NCBI GenBank assembly: GCA_965197745.1
Contig: CBDANS010000007.1
Coordinates: forward strand, 1,280,001 to 1,344,000
From: Opitutales bacterium
Lineage (GTDB): Bacteria; Verrucomicrobiota; Verrucomicrobiia; Opitutales; PNEW01
Length of the DNA stretch: 64,000 nt
Reading direction: 5' to 3'
Shown: piece after piece, positions 52,316-64,000 of the stretch
How the letters are laid out: each line of letters begins with the position of its first letter
How positions within the stretch are numbered: position 1 is the first letter of the stretch
The notes under the pieces: model-generated
The model's input: the letters and a program-made list of their open reading frames with translations, nothing else
What the model was told of the DNA's origin: nothing
Database searches by the model: none
Program-made: the position numbers and the translations under genes

Positions 52316-54301
52316 ATCCGGAAAATCTTATCGGGTGATGGGAATATTGTTTTCGTTCGTGGCGCTTAACACAGCTTTATTGGGAACGAGGTTGGTTTCC
52401 CATCCGATGGATCCTTTGACTTCCGATGAGTACGTTGCGATTATAACGATTTTAAAAGCGGAGGAATTAGTCGATGATTCCAGCCGCTATTCTCTGATAT
52501 CTTTGCAGGAGCCCGATAAGGCCTCCGTGTTGCGCTGGAAACCGGGTTCCACCCCCTGCCGAGGGTTGCGTTTGCCATCGTTAAAAAAGGCGCTGACACC
52601 TTCGAGGTGATTGTTGAGATTGACCGGCACAAGGTGGTTTCCTGGAAACAGATTCCCGGTGTGCAGCCCGGCGTGCTGATCGAGGAATGGACTCTTGCCC
52701 AGAAAATCGTACAATCGAATCCTGAATGGCAGGCTGCCGTGAAGAAAAGAGGAATCACCGAATTTGAGAAGGTCGTGTGCATTCCCCTTACCGCCGGCTA
52801 TTTCGGCCTGGCTGAAGAGGAGGGAAGGCGGCTTTTCAAGGTTGTCAGTTTCGATGGACGGAACACAAATAATTTTTGGGGAAGGCCGATTGAGGGGATA
52901 ACGGCCGTTGTAGATGTCGAAAAGGGTGAAGTCATTAAGTTGATCGACACCGGTATGGTTCCATTACCGGATACGCCCATCGATCTCGATGAGGGTTCTG
53001 TAGGTCCATTACGCAAGGCGGCAAACCCCATCTCGATTACTCAGCCAAAAGGCGCGAACTTTACTCTCGATGGTCATCAAGTGAGCTGGCAGAACTGGGG
53101 GTTTCATTTCCGCATCGATCCACGGCTTGGTCCTGTGATTTCGACAGTGAGTTACGATGACAACGGTAAAACGCGCTCGATCCTCTATCAGGGCTCCTTA
53201 TCGGAAATGTTTGTTCCGTATATGGATCCCGATATTGGATGGTATTTCCGTACCTATCTAGACGCAGGTGAGTATGGCGTGGGCAAGCTGGCAGCGCCGT
53301 TGCAAAAAGGTCTGGATGCCCCTGAGAACGCGATTTATTTTGACGCCGTTTTTGCAGACGACCGGGGGCAACCCTACGACCAGCAAAATGTGGCCTGCCT
53401 CTTTGAGCGTTACGCAGGTGATATGGAATGGCGTCACTACGAGGGCAACAATGGCCAAAGCGATGTCCGTAAAAGAACAGAACTTGTATTACGTTTCATT
53501 TCGGCGATCGGCAACTACGACTACATCATCGATATTGCGTTCGGCTTAACCGGGTCTATTAAAATGGCTCTTGGCGCAAGTGGCGTCGATCAAGTCGCGG
53601 CGGTACAAAACCGTACCGTCGCAGACACAACTAAGGACCATAATATAGCCTACGGCCGCATGGTAGCAGAACACACGGTGGCCATCAACCACGACCACTT
53701 CTTTTCATTCCGGCTCGATTTCGATGTCGATGGCACTGAAAACAGTCTTCTCCTCGATCGACTCAAACCGGTGAGTTTGGACGCTGATACTCCACGGAAA
53801 AGTATTTGGGTGATCGATCCGCACATTGCCGAGACCGAACAAGCGGCTAAGTTGCGGATTAATATTGAAAAGCCCGCCCTCTGGCGCGTCATCAACCCTA
53901 ATGTCAGTGGGCCGCTTGGCTATCCAGTCAGTTACCAACTCAAGTTCAAAGCCAATGCCATTTCGTTAATGACTCCCAATGATTTTCCACAGAAACGAGC
54001 CGGATTCACAGACTACCATCTTTGGGTGACTCCCTACAATACTGATGAGCGCTATGCGGGTGGGACTTACCCAAACCAAAGCAAGGGCCACGATGGGTTA
54101 CCCGCATGGACACAGACCAATCGCCCCATCGAAAATACCGATATCGTACTTTGGTACACGCTTGGATTTCATCATGTTGTGCGAGCGGAAGATTGGCCGG
54201 TGCTACCAACAGTCTGGCATGAGTTCGAAATTCGGCCCTTCGATTTTTTTGAACGCAATCCGGCTATTGATCTACCCACCACTGTGGAAAATCCGAACTA
54301 A
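52302..54301 (+). pseudogene. tynA: Copper-containing primary amine oxidase (TynA-like), frameshift near 52555
   Basis: HPMDPLT N-terminus in ORF 52170; NYDY topaquinone motif, HDH and GFHH copper ligands; frames join at a C5 run. Confidence 0.85.
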
Positions 54302-54603
54302 TGATTGAACTGAACCATTCCGACATCGTCTTCGCCCTGTGAGCTTCAGTCGTTGTCCTGTCTCACATTTTAACACGCCAAAGTTTTACGACGGCGGGTA
54401 GCGAGAGGACTATGCCTTGACAAAACAATCTTCAGCAGCTGTCACATAATGACAGTATTCATCTAATGCTACACCATATTCAAGTTGCTGTAATGTCATA
54501 TAAATATTAGTTATATACGTATAAAAACTATTGCTTTGAATAATAAAAAATATTTTTGTCAGCTATATGGTGTATTGAATTAAAAAAATGAAAAATTCTA
54601 TAA

Positions 54604-56820
<2,217 letters not shown>

Positions 56821-56899
56821 TCTTTGTGACCTCACTACACAAGTGAATAAGCTCGGTGGCCAGTCCACCAGCCTGTAGGTTTACTCGGCGAGACCATCG

Positions 56900-56952
56900 A
56901 TGGTGTTGATCCAAATAAAATTCGGGCGTGCCATTCGAGACCTTAATATTCA
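56900..56952 (-). pseudogene. N-terminal remnant (with upstream region) of a paralog of the 44742 sulfatase
   Basis: ggtgttgatccaaataaaattcgggcgtgccattcgagaccttaa matches 46656..46700; MARPNFIWINT. Confidence 0.8.
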
Positions 56953-57114
56953 ATCTGATTACGAATTACTCGAAAGCCACTATGTATTCTGTTCCTTATA
57001 TCCCTTAACTCCATAATCACTTATCCGCTTGAAATTATACTTCACTTGAGTGATATTATCACTGGATTATCTGATCTTTGAGAGTTTAGTAACTCTTAAC
57101 TTATAATTGAATTT

Positions 57115-57477
<363 letters not shown>

Positions 57478-57527
57478 TCGACATTTTGCCAAAATTTGCT
57501 AATCCTAATTAGCAATTTTTAATTTAC

Positions 57528-58152
57528 ATGGCAAAACAGAGATTTAAAATCACCAAGTTTACCAACCCGGGTGGGTCAGAAGCCTGGCGCTTATCCGGCA
57601 CCCTAAACGGTAAGCAGATCCGGAAAAATTTCAAGTCCCGCAACGATGCCGTCGCCGAGCGTCAACGGTTATCGATCCGCTATTTAAACGAACAATCAGA
57701 AGGGCAGACGGTTTGGACCACCCTGACCCACGGGCAGAACAAAGAGGCTATTGCAGCTATTAATCTTCTTAAGCAAGCCAACTCCAGTAAGCCTCTCACC
57801 TTCGTGGTTAACTATTTTTTAGAGCATTATAAAGAAGCCGCTGAGACCATGACAGTCGAAGAGGCTATCCGGGAGTATTGCGATCATAAATCCAAGGAAA
57901 TGGAGCGTGGGATCATCTCCTATCGGCAGGAACGCGCCATTGCCTTGGAGATGAGAAAATTAAAGTGCTATTTCGCGGGGCGGATGGTGAATGAAATTCA
58001 ACCGGAAGAGCTTAATACATACCTCGACACACGACACGCTTGCTCAAGGGCAGTGCCTTCCCTTAAAACTTGGAATAACCGCCGTGGATACCTAAGCACC
58101 TTTTTCAAGTACTGTGTAGCGAAAAAATATGTGGGAGAAAATCCGATTCTGT
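57528..58152 (+). pseudogene. Tyrosine integrase N-terminal part; catalytic domain removed by IS3
   Basis: Arm-binding-like N-terminus, core-binding helix SLKTWNNRRGYLSTFFKYC..ENP; directly downstream of tmRNA. Confidence 0.8.
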
Positions 58153-59470
58153 TGGTCGTGACCACGAAAACTGGTACACTTGAAAAGTTAGTCTGGGTAA
58201 CCTAGAAAGGACTCAGACAATGAAAGGCAAAAGATACACAACTGAAGAGAAAATACGGATGCTGCGGCAGGCGGACAAAGGGAAAACGATCCTGGAAGCA
58301 TGCCGCGAGAACAACATTAGCGAACAGACCTTCCACCGCTGGAAACGTGAGTTTGGGATGATTGATGTCAACCAGGCCAAGCGGATGAAGGAGCTCGAGA
58401 AGGAGAACGCGCGGTTAAAACGGATGCTGGCGGACAAGATGCTGGGGATAGAGATCCTGCAGGAGACCCTCGAAAAAAAACTGTAAGCCCTGGGCACAAG
58501 CGGCAAGTGGCAGAGAGACTTGTGACTCGGGGCCAGTGTTCGATGCGAGCGGGGTGCCGGTACTTTCGGCTGCACCGTTCCACCTATGCGTATAGGGCCA
58601 AGCATCCGGATGCCTGGCTAACGGAAACTAAAAGCGGCAGTAAGGCGGTTATCACGGCAATACGCGAGGTGGGGCTATCCCAAGATCACGAAGCTGTTGA
58701 AGGACGAAGGCTGGCAGGTGGGTAAACGTCTCGTGCAAGGTCTGCGACGTGAACTGGGTCTGGCGATCCCCCCACGCAAGCCAAGACGCCGGCGCAGGGG
58801 TGTCTGCACCGGGCTACCGACAAAGGCCGAACATCCCGACCATGTTTGGACCTGGGATTTTATCCACGATAAGACGGTCCGCGGTGGCAGTTTAAAAATG
58901 TTGACCGTGCTCGATGAGTACACCCGCGAGTGCCGGGTGATCCATGTTGATCGCCATATCAATGCGGAAACGGTGCGCGGTATCATGCAAAAACTGCTCG
59001 ACCGGCATGGGCCGCCAAAATATATTCGCAGTGACAACGGTTCCGTTCCGAGGAGCGAAGCGACGACATGCAAAGCCATTCATTGAAAAGGAATTGAGAG
59101 CCTGGCTAACTGCGATGAAAATCAAAACCCTCTATATCGAACCAGGAAGCCCTTGGCAGAACGGATACATCGAATCGTTGCATGCCCGTTTTCGCGAGGA
59201 GTGTTTAAACCGTGAACAGCTATGGACTTTGACCGAAGCCCGCGTGGTGATCGAGGACTGGCGCTGGCTTTACAATAATGTCCGACCCCACCGCAGCCTC
59301 GGCAATATCACCCCACGGTGCTTCGCTGAAGACATTAATACCGAAGGCTTGGGCTCCATTCGGGCTACGCCCTCATTGCGCCCAAGCCTTGACTTCCTCT
59401 ACCAACTTAACTTCAACATTAACCTCTCCAGACTAACTCTCTCGGTGGACCAGTTTACGTAACCCGATCA
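58153..59470 (+). mobile_element. IS3-family element (orfA 58220..58486; orfB with a frameshift near 58625 and a 32-bp micro-insert)
   Basis: IRs TGGTCGTGACCACGAAAACTGGTACAC / TGATCGGGTTACGTAAACTGGTCCAC; A8 slippery site; WTWDF, SDNG, PGSPWQNGYIES. Confidence 0.93.
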
Positions 59471-60417
59471 CAGGTTTAGGCACCCAGTTGACAGATTGGC
59501 TCTTGTTTTCTGGTCTTGTTGAAATAGAGAAAGAATATAAGAAAAACAATTTCAGCAACGGTTTAGAGAGGACCGAGGATGGCGACATTATTCCTACCGT
59601 CCAGATTGGATTAGATTTCACCTTCACTGATTGGCTGGAAGCTGAATTTATTTATGAAGCTGAATACGACAGACGATTTAGAGATCAAATTGATGAAGGC
59701 CTGATCGCTTTGAATTTGGGGAAGTGGGGTGTGAATTTTGGCCGACAATTCCCCGCTTTTGGTGAATATTACAGTCACTTTGTCACAGGACCGTTACTGG
59801 AATTTGGCGAGATCCGTAAAACTTCTGTCATTGTCGATTATTCATTCAATGATCAGGTCGAAGTATCCGGCTTTATCTTTGAAGGGGATATTGATAAAGT
59901 TGGAAACTATAAAGAAAATGATTGGGGACTGAGCTTTGAATATGTTTCAGAGAATGAAGCTATTAGATTCGGTGCCAGTTATCTTTCTGACCTTGCGGAA
60001 ACCGATCAGAAGTTACTTGAAGAGGCCTTTAGCTATGAGCGACGGGTTTCGGGTTGGAGTGCTTATGCCCTGATGGGGATGAATGAATTTGAAGTGACCG
60101 CGGAAATTGTCCAGGCAACCGGTACCTTTGCGGAGTTTGATTCGAATGTTGATAAACCCTCTTCTTACAACATCGAGTTCGCTTATTTCCCAACCCAATC
60201 GATGCAAATCGCGATGCGCTTGGAAAATAGTGATGAACTGGAAGATGAGCCCGAGTGGCAGTATGGAGCTGCACTGACCTGGCGAATTGCCAACCTTTTC
60301 AATCTTACCGTGGATTACTTATATGGAGATTATAAAGATGGGTTTGTTCTTGATGATGATGACAACGAGTTGGATCACAGGCACCTGATTGCTGCCCAGT
60401 TTGCATTGGAATTTTAG
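59471..60417 (+). pseudogene. LbtU-like outer-membrane porin, 5'-truncated (no signal peptide)
   Basis: SGLVEIE, FGEYYSHFVTGPLLEFGE, GASYLSDLAE, C-terminal QFALEF; frame starts at the IS end. Confidence 0.7.
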
Positions 60418-60482
60418 AGGGATGACGATCCACGCTTTTACTATGTGCTCTTATTTAAATTTGAGGAAAGGGTTTTAAGCAG

Positions 60483-61982
60483 ATGATTAAGATGGACAAT
60501 AAACAGAAGCGGGATTTTTCTGTCCCCTTTTTGGCTTCCATTCGATTTCGTATTTTCACCTTAGTTATTCTGATTACAATTATAACGATCACGCTCTTAG
60601 AGATCTATACGCTTCAACAATTTGAAAAAGCCACGACTATTGAACTGGAGCATGAGGGACTTTTATTATCAGATACCCTGGAATCGATTATCAATCCATT
60701 GATTGAGGCTGAAAAGTTCACCGAGATTCAAGCCCACATCGATCAACTCGTTGCCGCTCGCGAAGTAAATGACATCGAAATGAATGTCATAATGATTGAA
60801 GAAGACAATTCAACTATTGTGGCCAGTAATATCGCTGACAATATTGAGGCTGCGGATGAAGAAGGGCACCTCAATCTTTTAAATGCCTTGAACAATGCCC
60901 AACCTATAATAATTATCGACCGTGATGATGATCCAGATGACTTAGTTGACGTTCATCTTCCCTCTCACCCCGATTACTATTTTTCTGGCGGGCAGCGATT
61001 TCTCAGCATCACAACCCCATTAAAGGTTCAAAATAAGCAGGGGGGAATTAACCTGAAATTATCATTGGGCCGCCTCGATGAAAAACTGAACACAATTCGT
61101 TGGGCGATGATTATTGCTGGAGCCATAGGGACAGTTATCATCATTGTCATTGCCGGCGTATTGTTAAATCGCCATGTCTTCTTCCCTTTGCAAAACGTAA
61201 GAAATAATATGTCTTATATTGCGAACGGTGAACTGAATCGACAGGTTCCCATCGACCGTCCTGATGAAATTGGGGTTTTAACTCGTGACTTTAACAGTAT
61301 GGCACAGCAATTAGAGCGAACGCAGTCACAACTCCACCAATATTTGAATCCCATGGCCATAGCTGAAGCCTATCGACGCGCCAGTGACAGAGAGGCGCAG
61401 CCTTTAGCAGAGGAAAAATCAATTACCGTATTATTTGTCGATATTGTTTCCTTCACCTCAATGTCAGAAAAATTAGGGCCCAATCAGACCGTAGCTTTCT
61501 TGAATCGTTATTATGACATCGTGACCGTTGCCCTCGTTGATTCGGGGGGCTATATTGATAAATTTGTCGCGGATGAGATTGTTTGTATCTTTGACAATAA
61601 TAATCATCCGGATCGGGCGGTAGAAGCCGCTCGTGAAATCCTTGATCTATTGAATACCCCGGATGAAAATGGCAGTCAGACGCAAGCGCGTATCGGAATC
61701 AACACTGGGGTATGTATTGTCGCTGACGTGGGCAGCAAGTTAGTGGGAAAACTGGATCGGACAATTATCGGAGACACCGTCAATATTGCTCAACGAATTA
61801 TGAGTAAGGCGGAACCTAATACTGCACTGATTTCCGAGACAACCTATGCTGCGTTGAAACAGGATACGCATGATATTTCTTTATTGGGTATGCAAGAGCT
61901 GAAAGGGAAGAGTAAACCTGTAATGGCTTATCAGTTATCTGCCTCTGATAAGCCCATAGATACCGCTTCCGCATTATCATAA
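60483..61982 (+). CDS. Membrane adenylate/guanylate cyclase with HAMP domain
   Basis: Two TM segments; DEIGVLTRDFNSM; VLFVDIVSFT, DKFVAD, IGDTVNIAQR. Confidence 0.92.
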   Translation: MIKMDNKQKRDFSVPFLASIRFRIFTLVILITIITITLLEIYTLQQFEKATTIELEHEGLLLSDTLESIINPLIEAEKFTEIQAHIDQLVAAREVNDIEMNVIMIEEDNSTIVASNIADNIEAADEEGHLNLLNALNNAQPIIIIDRDDDPDDLVDVHLPSHPDYYFSGGQRFLSITTPLKVQNKQGGINLKLSLGRLDEKLNTIRWAMIIAGAIGTVIIIVIAGVLLNRHVFFPLQNVRNNMSYIANGELNRQVPIDRPDEIGVLTRDFNSMAQQLERTQSQLHQYLNPMAIAEAYRRASDREAQPLAEEKSITVLFVDIVSFTSMSEKLGPNQTVAFLNRYYDIVTVALVDSGGYIDKFVADEIVCIFDNNNHPDRAVEAAREILDLLNTPDENGSQTQARIGINTGVCIVADVGSKLVGKLDRTIIGDTVNIAQRIMSKAEPNTALISETTYAALKQDTHDISLLGMQELKGKSKPVMAYQLSASDKPIDTASALS

Positions 61983-62068
61983 TCGGGCAGGCTCACCTAT
62001 GGCAGAACCCTCAATTAACACAGAATAGAAGATGCTTGGGCGCTGCCTGGTATGCTCGATAAAACGAG

Positions 62069-62329
62069 ATGAATGATTCCGAGGCACGCAAAAAAGCGGC
62101 TGAATACCTCGCGGCCAATCCCTTAGAAAACCCCGATTACTCGTGGGTGCTAAGCGATTCCGTGGATGTGGGGGACAGCTGGTATTTTGATTACAGTTAT
62201 GAGCACAACAGCGATCTGCCTCAGGATCAATGGGATGCTTTTGGGGGTGCGCCCGGGTTCTTTATCGACAAGGTGAACGGAGCTATCCGCGACGTGTCCT
62301 GGGAGGAGCATAGTGACCGTGGTTTATGA
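62069..62329 (+). CDS. Small acidic hypothetical protein (YrhB/immunity-protein-like)
   Basis: EARKKAAEYL..WYFDY..GGAPGFFIDKVNG pattern. Confidence 0.5.
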   Translation: MNDSEARKKAAEYLAANPLENPDYSWVLSDSVDVGDSWYFDYSYEHNSDLPQDQWDAFGGAPGFFIDKVNGAIRDVSWEEHSDRGL

Positions 62330-62419
62330 CGGTGATATCAAGACTTTCGACCGGATATCGCTCTTGCGGTGTCGATTAACTTAGAGTTATACCGGGAGAA
62401 AGAAAACATCCTGATAAAA

Positions 62420-62445
62420 TGGTCGGGCCGGAGAGATTCGAACTC
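62420..62445 (-). other. Isolated tRNA 3'-end fragment (tRNA-Pro-like), probable att site
   Basis: Minus strand GAGTTCGAATCTCTCCGGCCCGACCA; no 5' half or anticodon arm. Confidence 0.8.
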
Positions 62446-62610
62446 GAAAAAGCTATTTCACGTAAATTGTTGATATTCAACTAAAGAGTTTTATTACAAC
62501 AGGTTATACATTTCAGTCTGTAGCTGATCATTGCCGATTATCGCAGGTTTAGCACGTTATTGAGCAACCTTTTGATTTGAGTTCACCGATTATCTAACTT
62601 ACTTTGCAGA

Positions 62611-62748
62611 ATGAGCAAAACACCAAAGATAGTTAAAGTTGGAAAAAAGGATATTTCAAAGAAGGCAAAAACAGTAAAAGTTCGTATCACTGATGTAAGC
62701 CGCAAAAATAAGACTAGACCAGTAACGGTACGGGGACGAGGTCACTAA
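62611..62748 (+). CDS. Small highly basic hypothetical protein (45 aa), not in the ORF track
   Basis: MSKTPKIVKVGKKDISKKAKTVKVRITDVSRKNKTRPVTVRGRGH. Confidence 0.4.
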   Translation: MSKTPKIVKVGKKDISKKAKTVKVRITDVSRKNKTRPVTVRGRGH

Positions 62749-62819
62749 ATCTTGATTTTTAATTTTAACCCCCATTCCGTTAACGCGTGCCGAGCATCCG
62801 TATACAACACGGCCAAGTT

Positions 62820-62888
62820 AAAAGGGGTCAGGCCTCGCATCGAAGCATTTTTTCATTTTTTGCTAGTATGCGAAGCCTGACCCCTTTT
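62820..62888. repeat. REP-like inverted repeat
   Basis: AAAAGGGGTCAGGCCTCGCAT..ATGCGAAGCCTGACCCCTTTT. Confidence 0.75.
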
Positions 62889-62992
62889 GTATTCCATCTT
62901 TCTATTAATAGCAGACTGTCGACTGATTACCTTGCTTCATGCACTGATCAATTAAAACGCACCCGATAGGCAATAGCCTTGCTATAAACCTG

Positions 62993-63685
62993 TTGGCTAA
63001 TAAAATGTCAGGCGTGATAGAGACAAAGGACATTTGCTGCATCGATAAGACTGGCGCTGTCGACCAGCTGGGTGAGCGCCAAACGGCAACTCTTCGTATA
63101 GTCTTAGTAGTGAATGCTGCGATGTTTGTGGTGGAGTTTGTGTCGGGAGTGCTCGCTGGGTCCGTGGCTCTGCTCGCTGATTCCCTCGACATGCTCGGTG
63201 ACGTCTTTGTTTACGGTTTCAGTCTCTACGTTGTCTCGAGAGGCCCAGTGTGGAAAACACGGGCTGCTGTGGCGAAAGCGGCTGTGATGGGACTATTCGG
63301 TTTGTTTGTCTTAGGACAGCTCGTCTACAAGCTCTTTTTTCCTCAAGTTCCAACCGTCGAGACAATGGGTATGGTTGGTGCTCTTGTGCTTTCGGCGAAT
63401 GCCGTTTGCTTTGCCTTGCTTTGGCACCACCGCGCCGAGGATATTAATATGAGGTCGGTGTGGCTTTGCTCGCGAAACGATCTCATCGCGAACGTCTCGG
63501 TGTTGTTTGCGGCGTTGGCCGTGTGGATGACGCATTCGCCTTGGCCGGATATTATAGTCGGCGGGCTCATCTGTACCTTGTTCTTTCGTTCGGCATTCTT
63601 TGTTGCTCAAGAAGCGCGCACCGAGCTGGGGGTGAATCACACCCAACCAACCGCTGCCCCCTCTTTCCCCTCAATTGAAAATTAA
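62993..63685 (+). CDS. Cation diffusion facilitator (CzcD-like, short form)
   Basis: SVALLADSLDMLGD, INMRSVWLCSRND, WPD. Confidence 0.9.
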   Translation: MANKMSGVIETKDICCIDKTGAVDQLGERQTATLRIVLVVNAAMFVVEFVSGVLAGSVALLADSLDMLGDVFVYGFSLYVVSRGPVWKTRAAVAKAAVMGLFGLFVLGQLVYKLFFPQVPTVETMGMVGALVLSANAVCFALLWHHRAEDINMRSVWLCSRNDLIANVSVLFAALAVWMTHSPWPDIIVGGLICTLFFRSAFFVAQEARTELGVNHTQPTAAPSFPSIEN

Positions 63686-63740
63686 TCGACAAAGTGAAGC
63701 AGGGCGCACAAGCGCCTTGAGAGTCGTGATTTTTAAAACT

Positions 63741-64000
63741 TTAATCTACATCGAGTATCCAGCGGAGCGTACTTGAAAGCCGGTTAACCGTTTCCGGTCT
63801 CATGTACTCGCGTTGATTGGTCTGTTGCTCATCTTCACGCTGGCAAAAGTAGCAGTGCATGGCGTGTCTCGACGTGTTGCTTTTATTCTTAGAACCCCCG
63901 TGCCAGAGTTGGGAGTTAAAAACGACAACCGTTCCCGCAGGCGCGATCAATTGTATCTGCTCGGGGTGCATCGCATAGGTATCTTCCATTTCGTCTCGAG
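63741..64000 (-). CDS. Phytanoyl-CoA dioxygenase family protein, C-terminal part (runs off the window)
   Basis: APAGTVVVFNSQLWHGGSKN. Confidence 0.8.
   Translation of the reverse strand, partial: RDEMEDTYAMHPEQIQLIAPAGTVVVFNSQLWHGGSKNKSNTSRHAMHCYFCQREDEQQTNQREYMRPETVNRLSSTLRWILDVD

Noticed and set aside
54490..54560. OxyR-like site upstream of katG
   Set aside because: AT-rich, but no clear ATAG-N7-CTAT repeats.
62420..62445. Functional tRNA gene
   Set aside because: Only the T-arm and 3' acceptor strand are present.

Overview
Bacterial chromosomal window, probably Verrucomicrobiota (Opitutae); the taxonomy is inferred from gene content and intergenic repeat style. Positions 1-46.7 kb hold mostly catabolic and secreted-protein genes: enolase-superfamily enzyme, dehydrogenases, six phytanoyl-CoA-dioxygenase-family genes (a seventh at the right edge), three beta-propeller hydrolase-like proteins, two sulfatases, two tandem ABC substrate-binding proteins, an amidase, and a Rieske-TPP/Rieske-glutamate-synthase pair bracketed by a 47-bp direct repeat. 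The intergenic spaces are crowded with several palindromic and 7-9-mer repeat families. Positions 46.7-64 kb are rearranged: a truncated fused restriction-modification gene, two defective IS3-family elements each joining two unrelated truncated genes, a copper amine oxidase, katG, tmRNA followed by a truncated integrase, and a tRNA 3'-end att-like remnant. The most unusual signal is a family of 23-43-bp hairpin micro-insertions (T(A/T)YCGAG-hairpin-CGACA-N-C). It interrupts the same codon of two diverged IS3 transposases, a second site in one of them, and four REP-like palindromes; I found none in ordinary genes.
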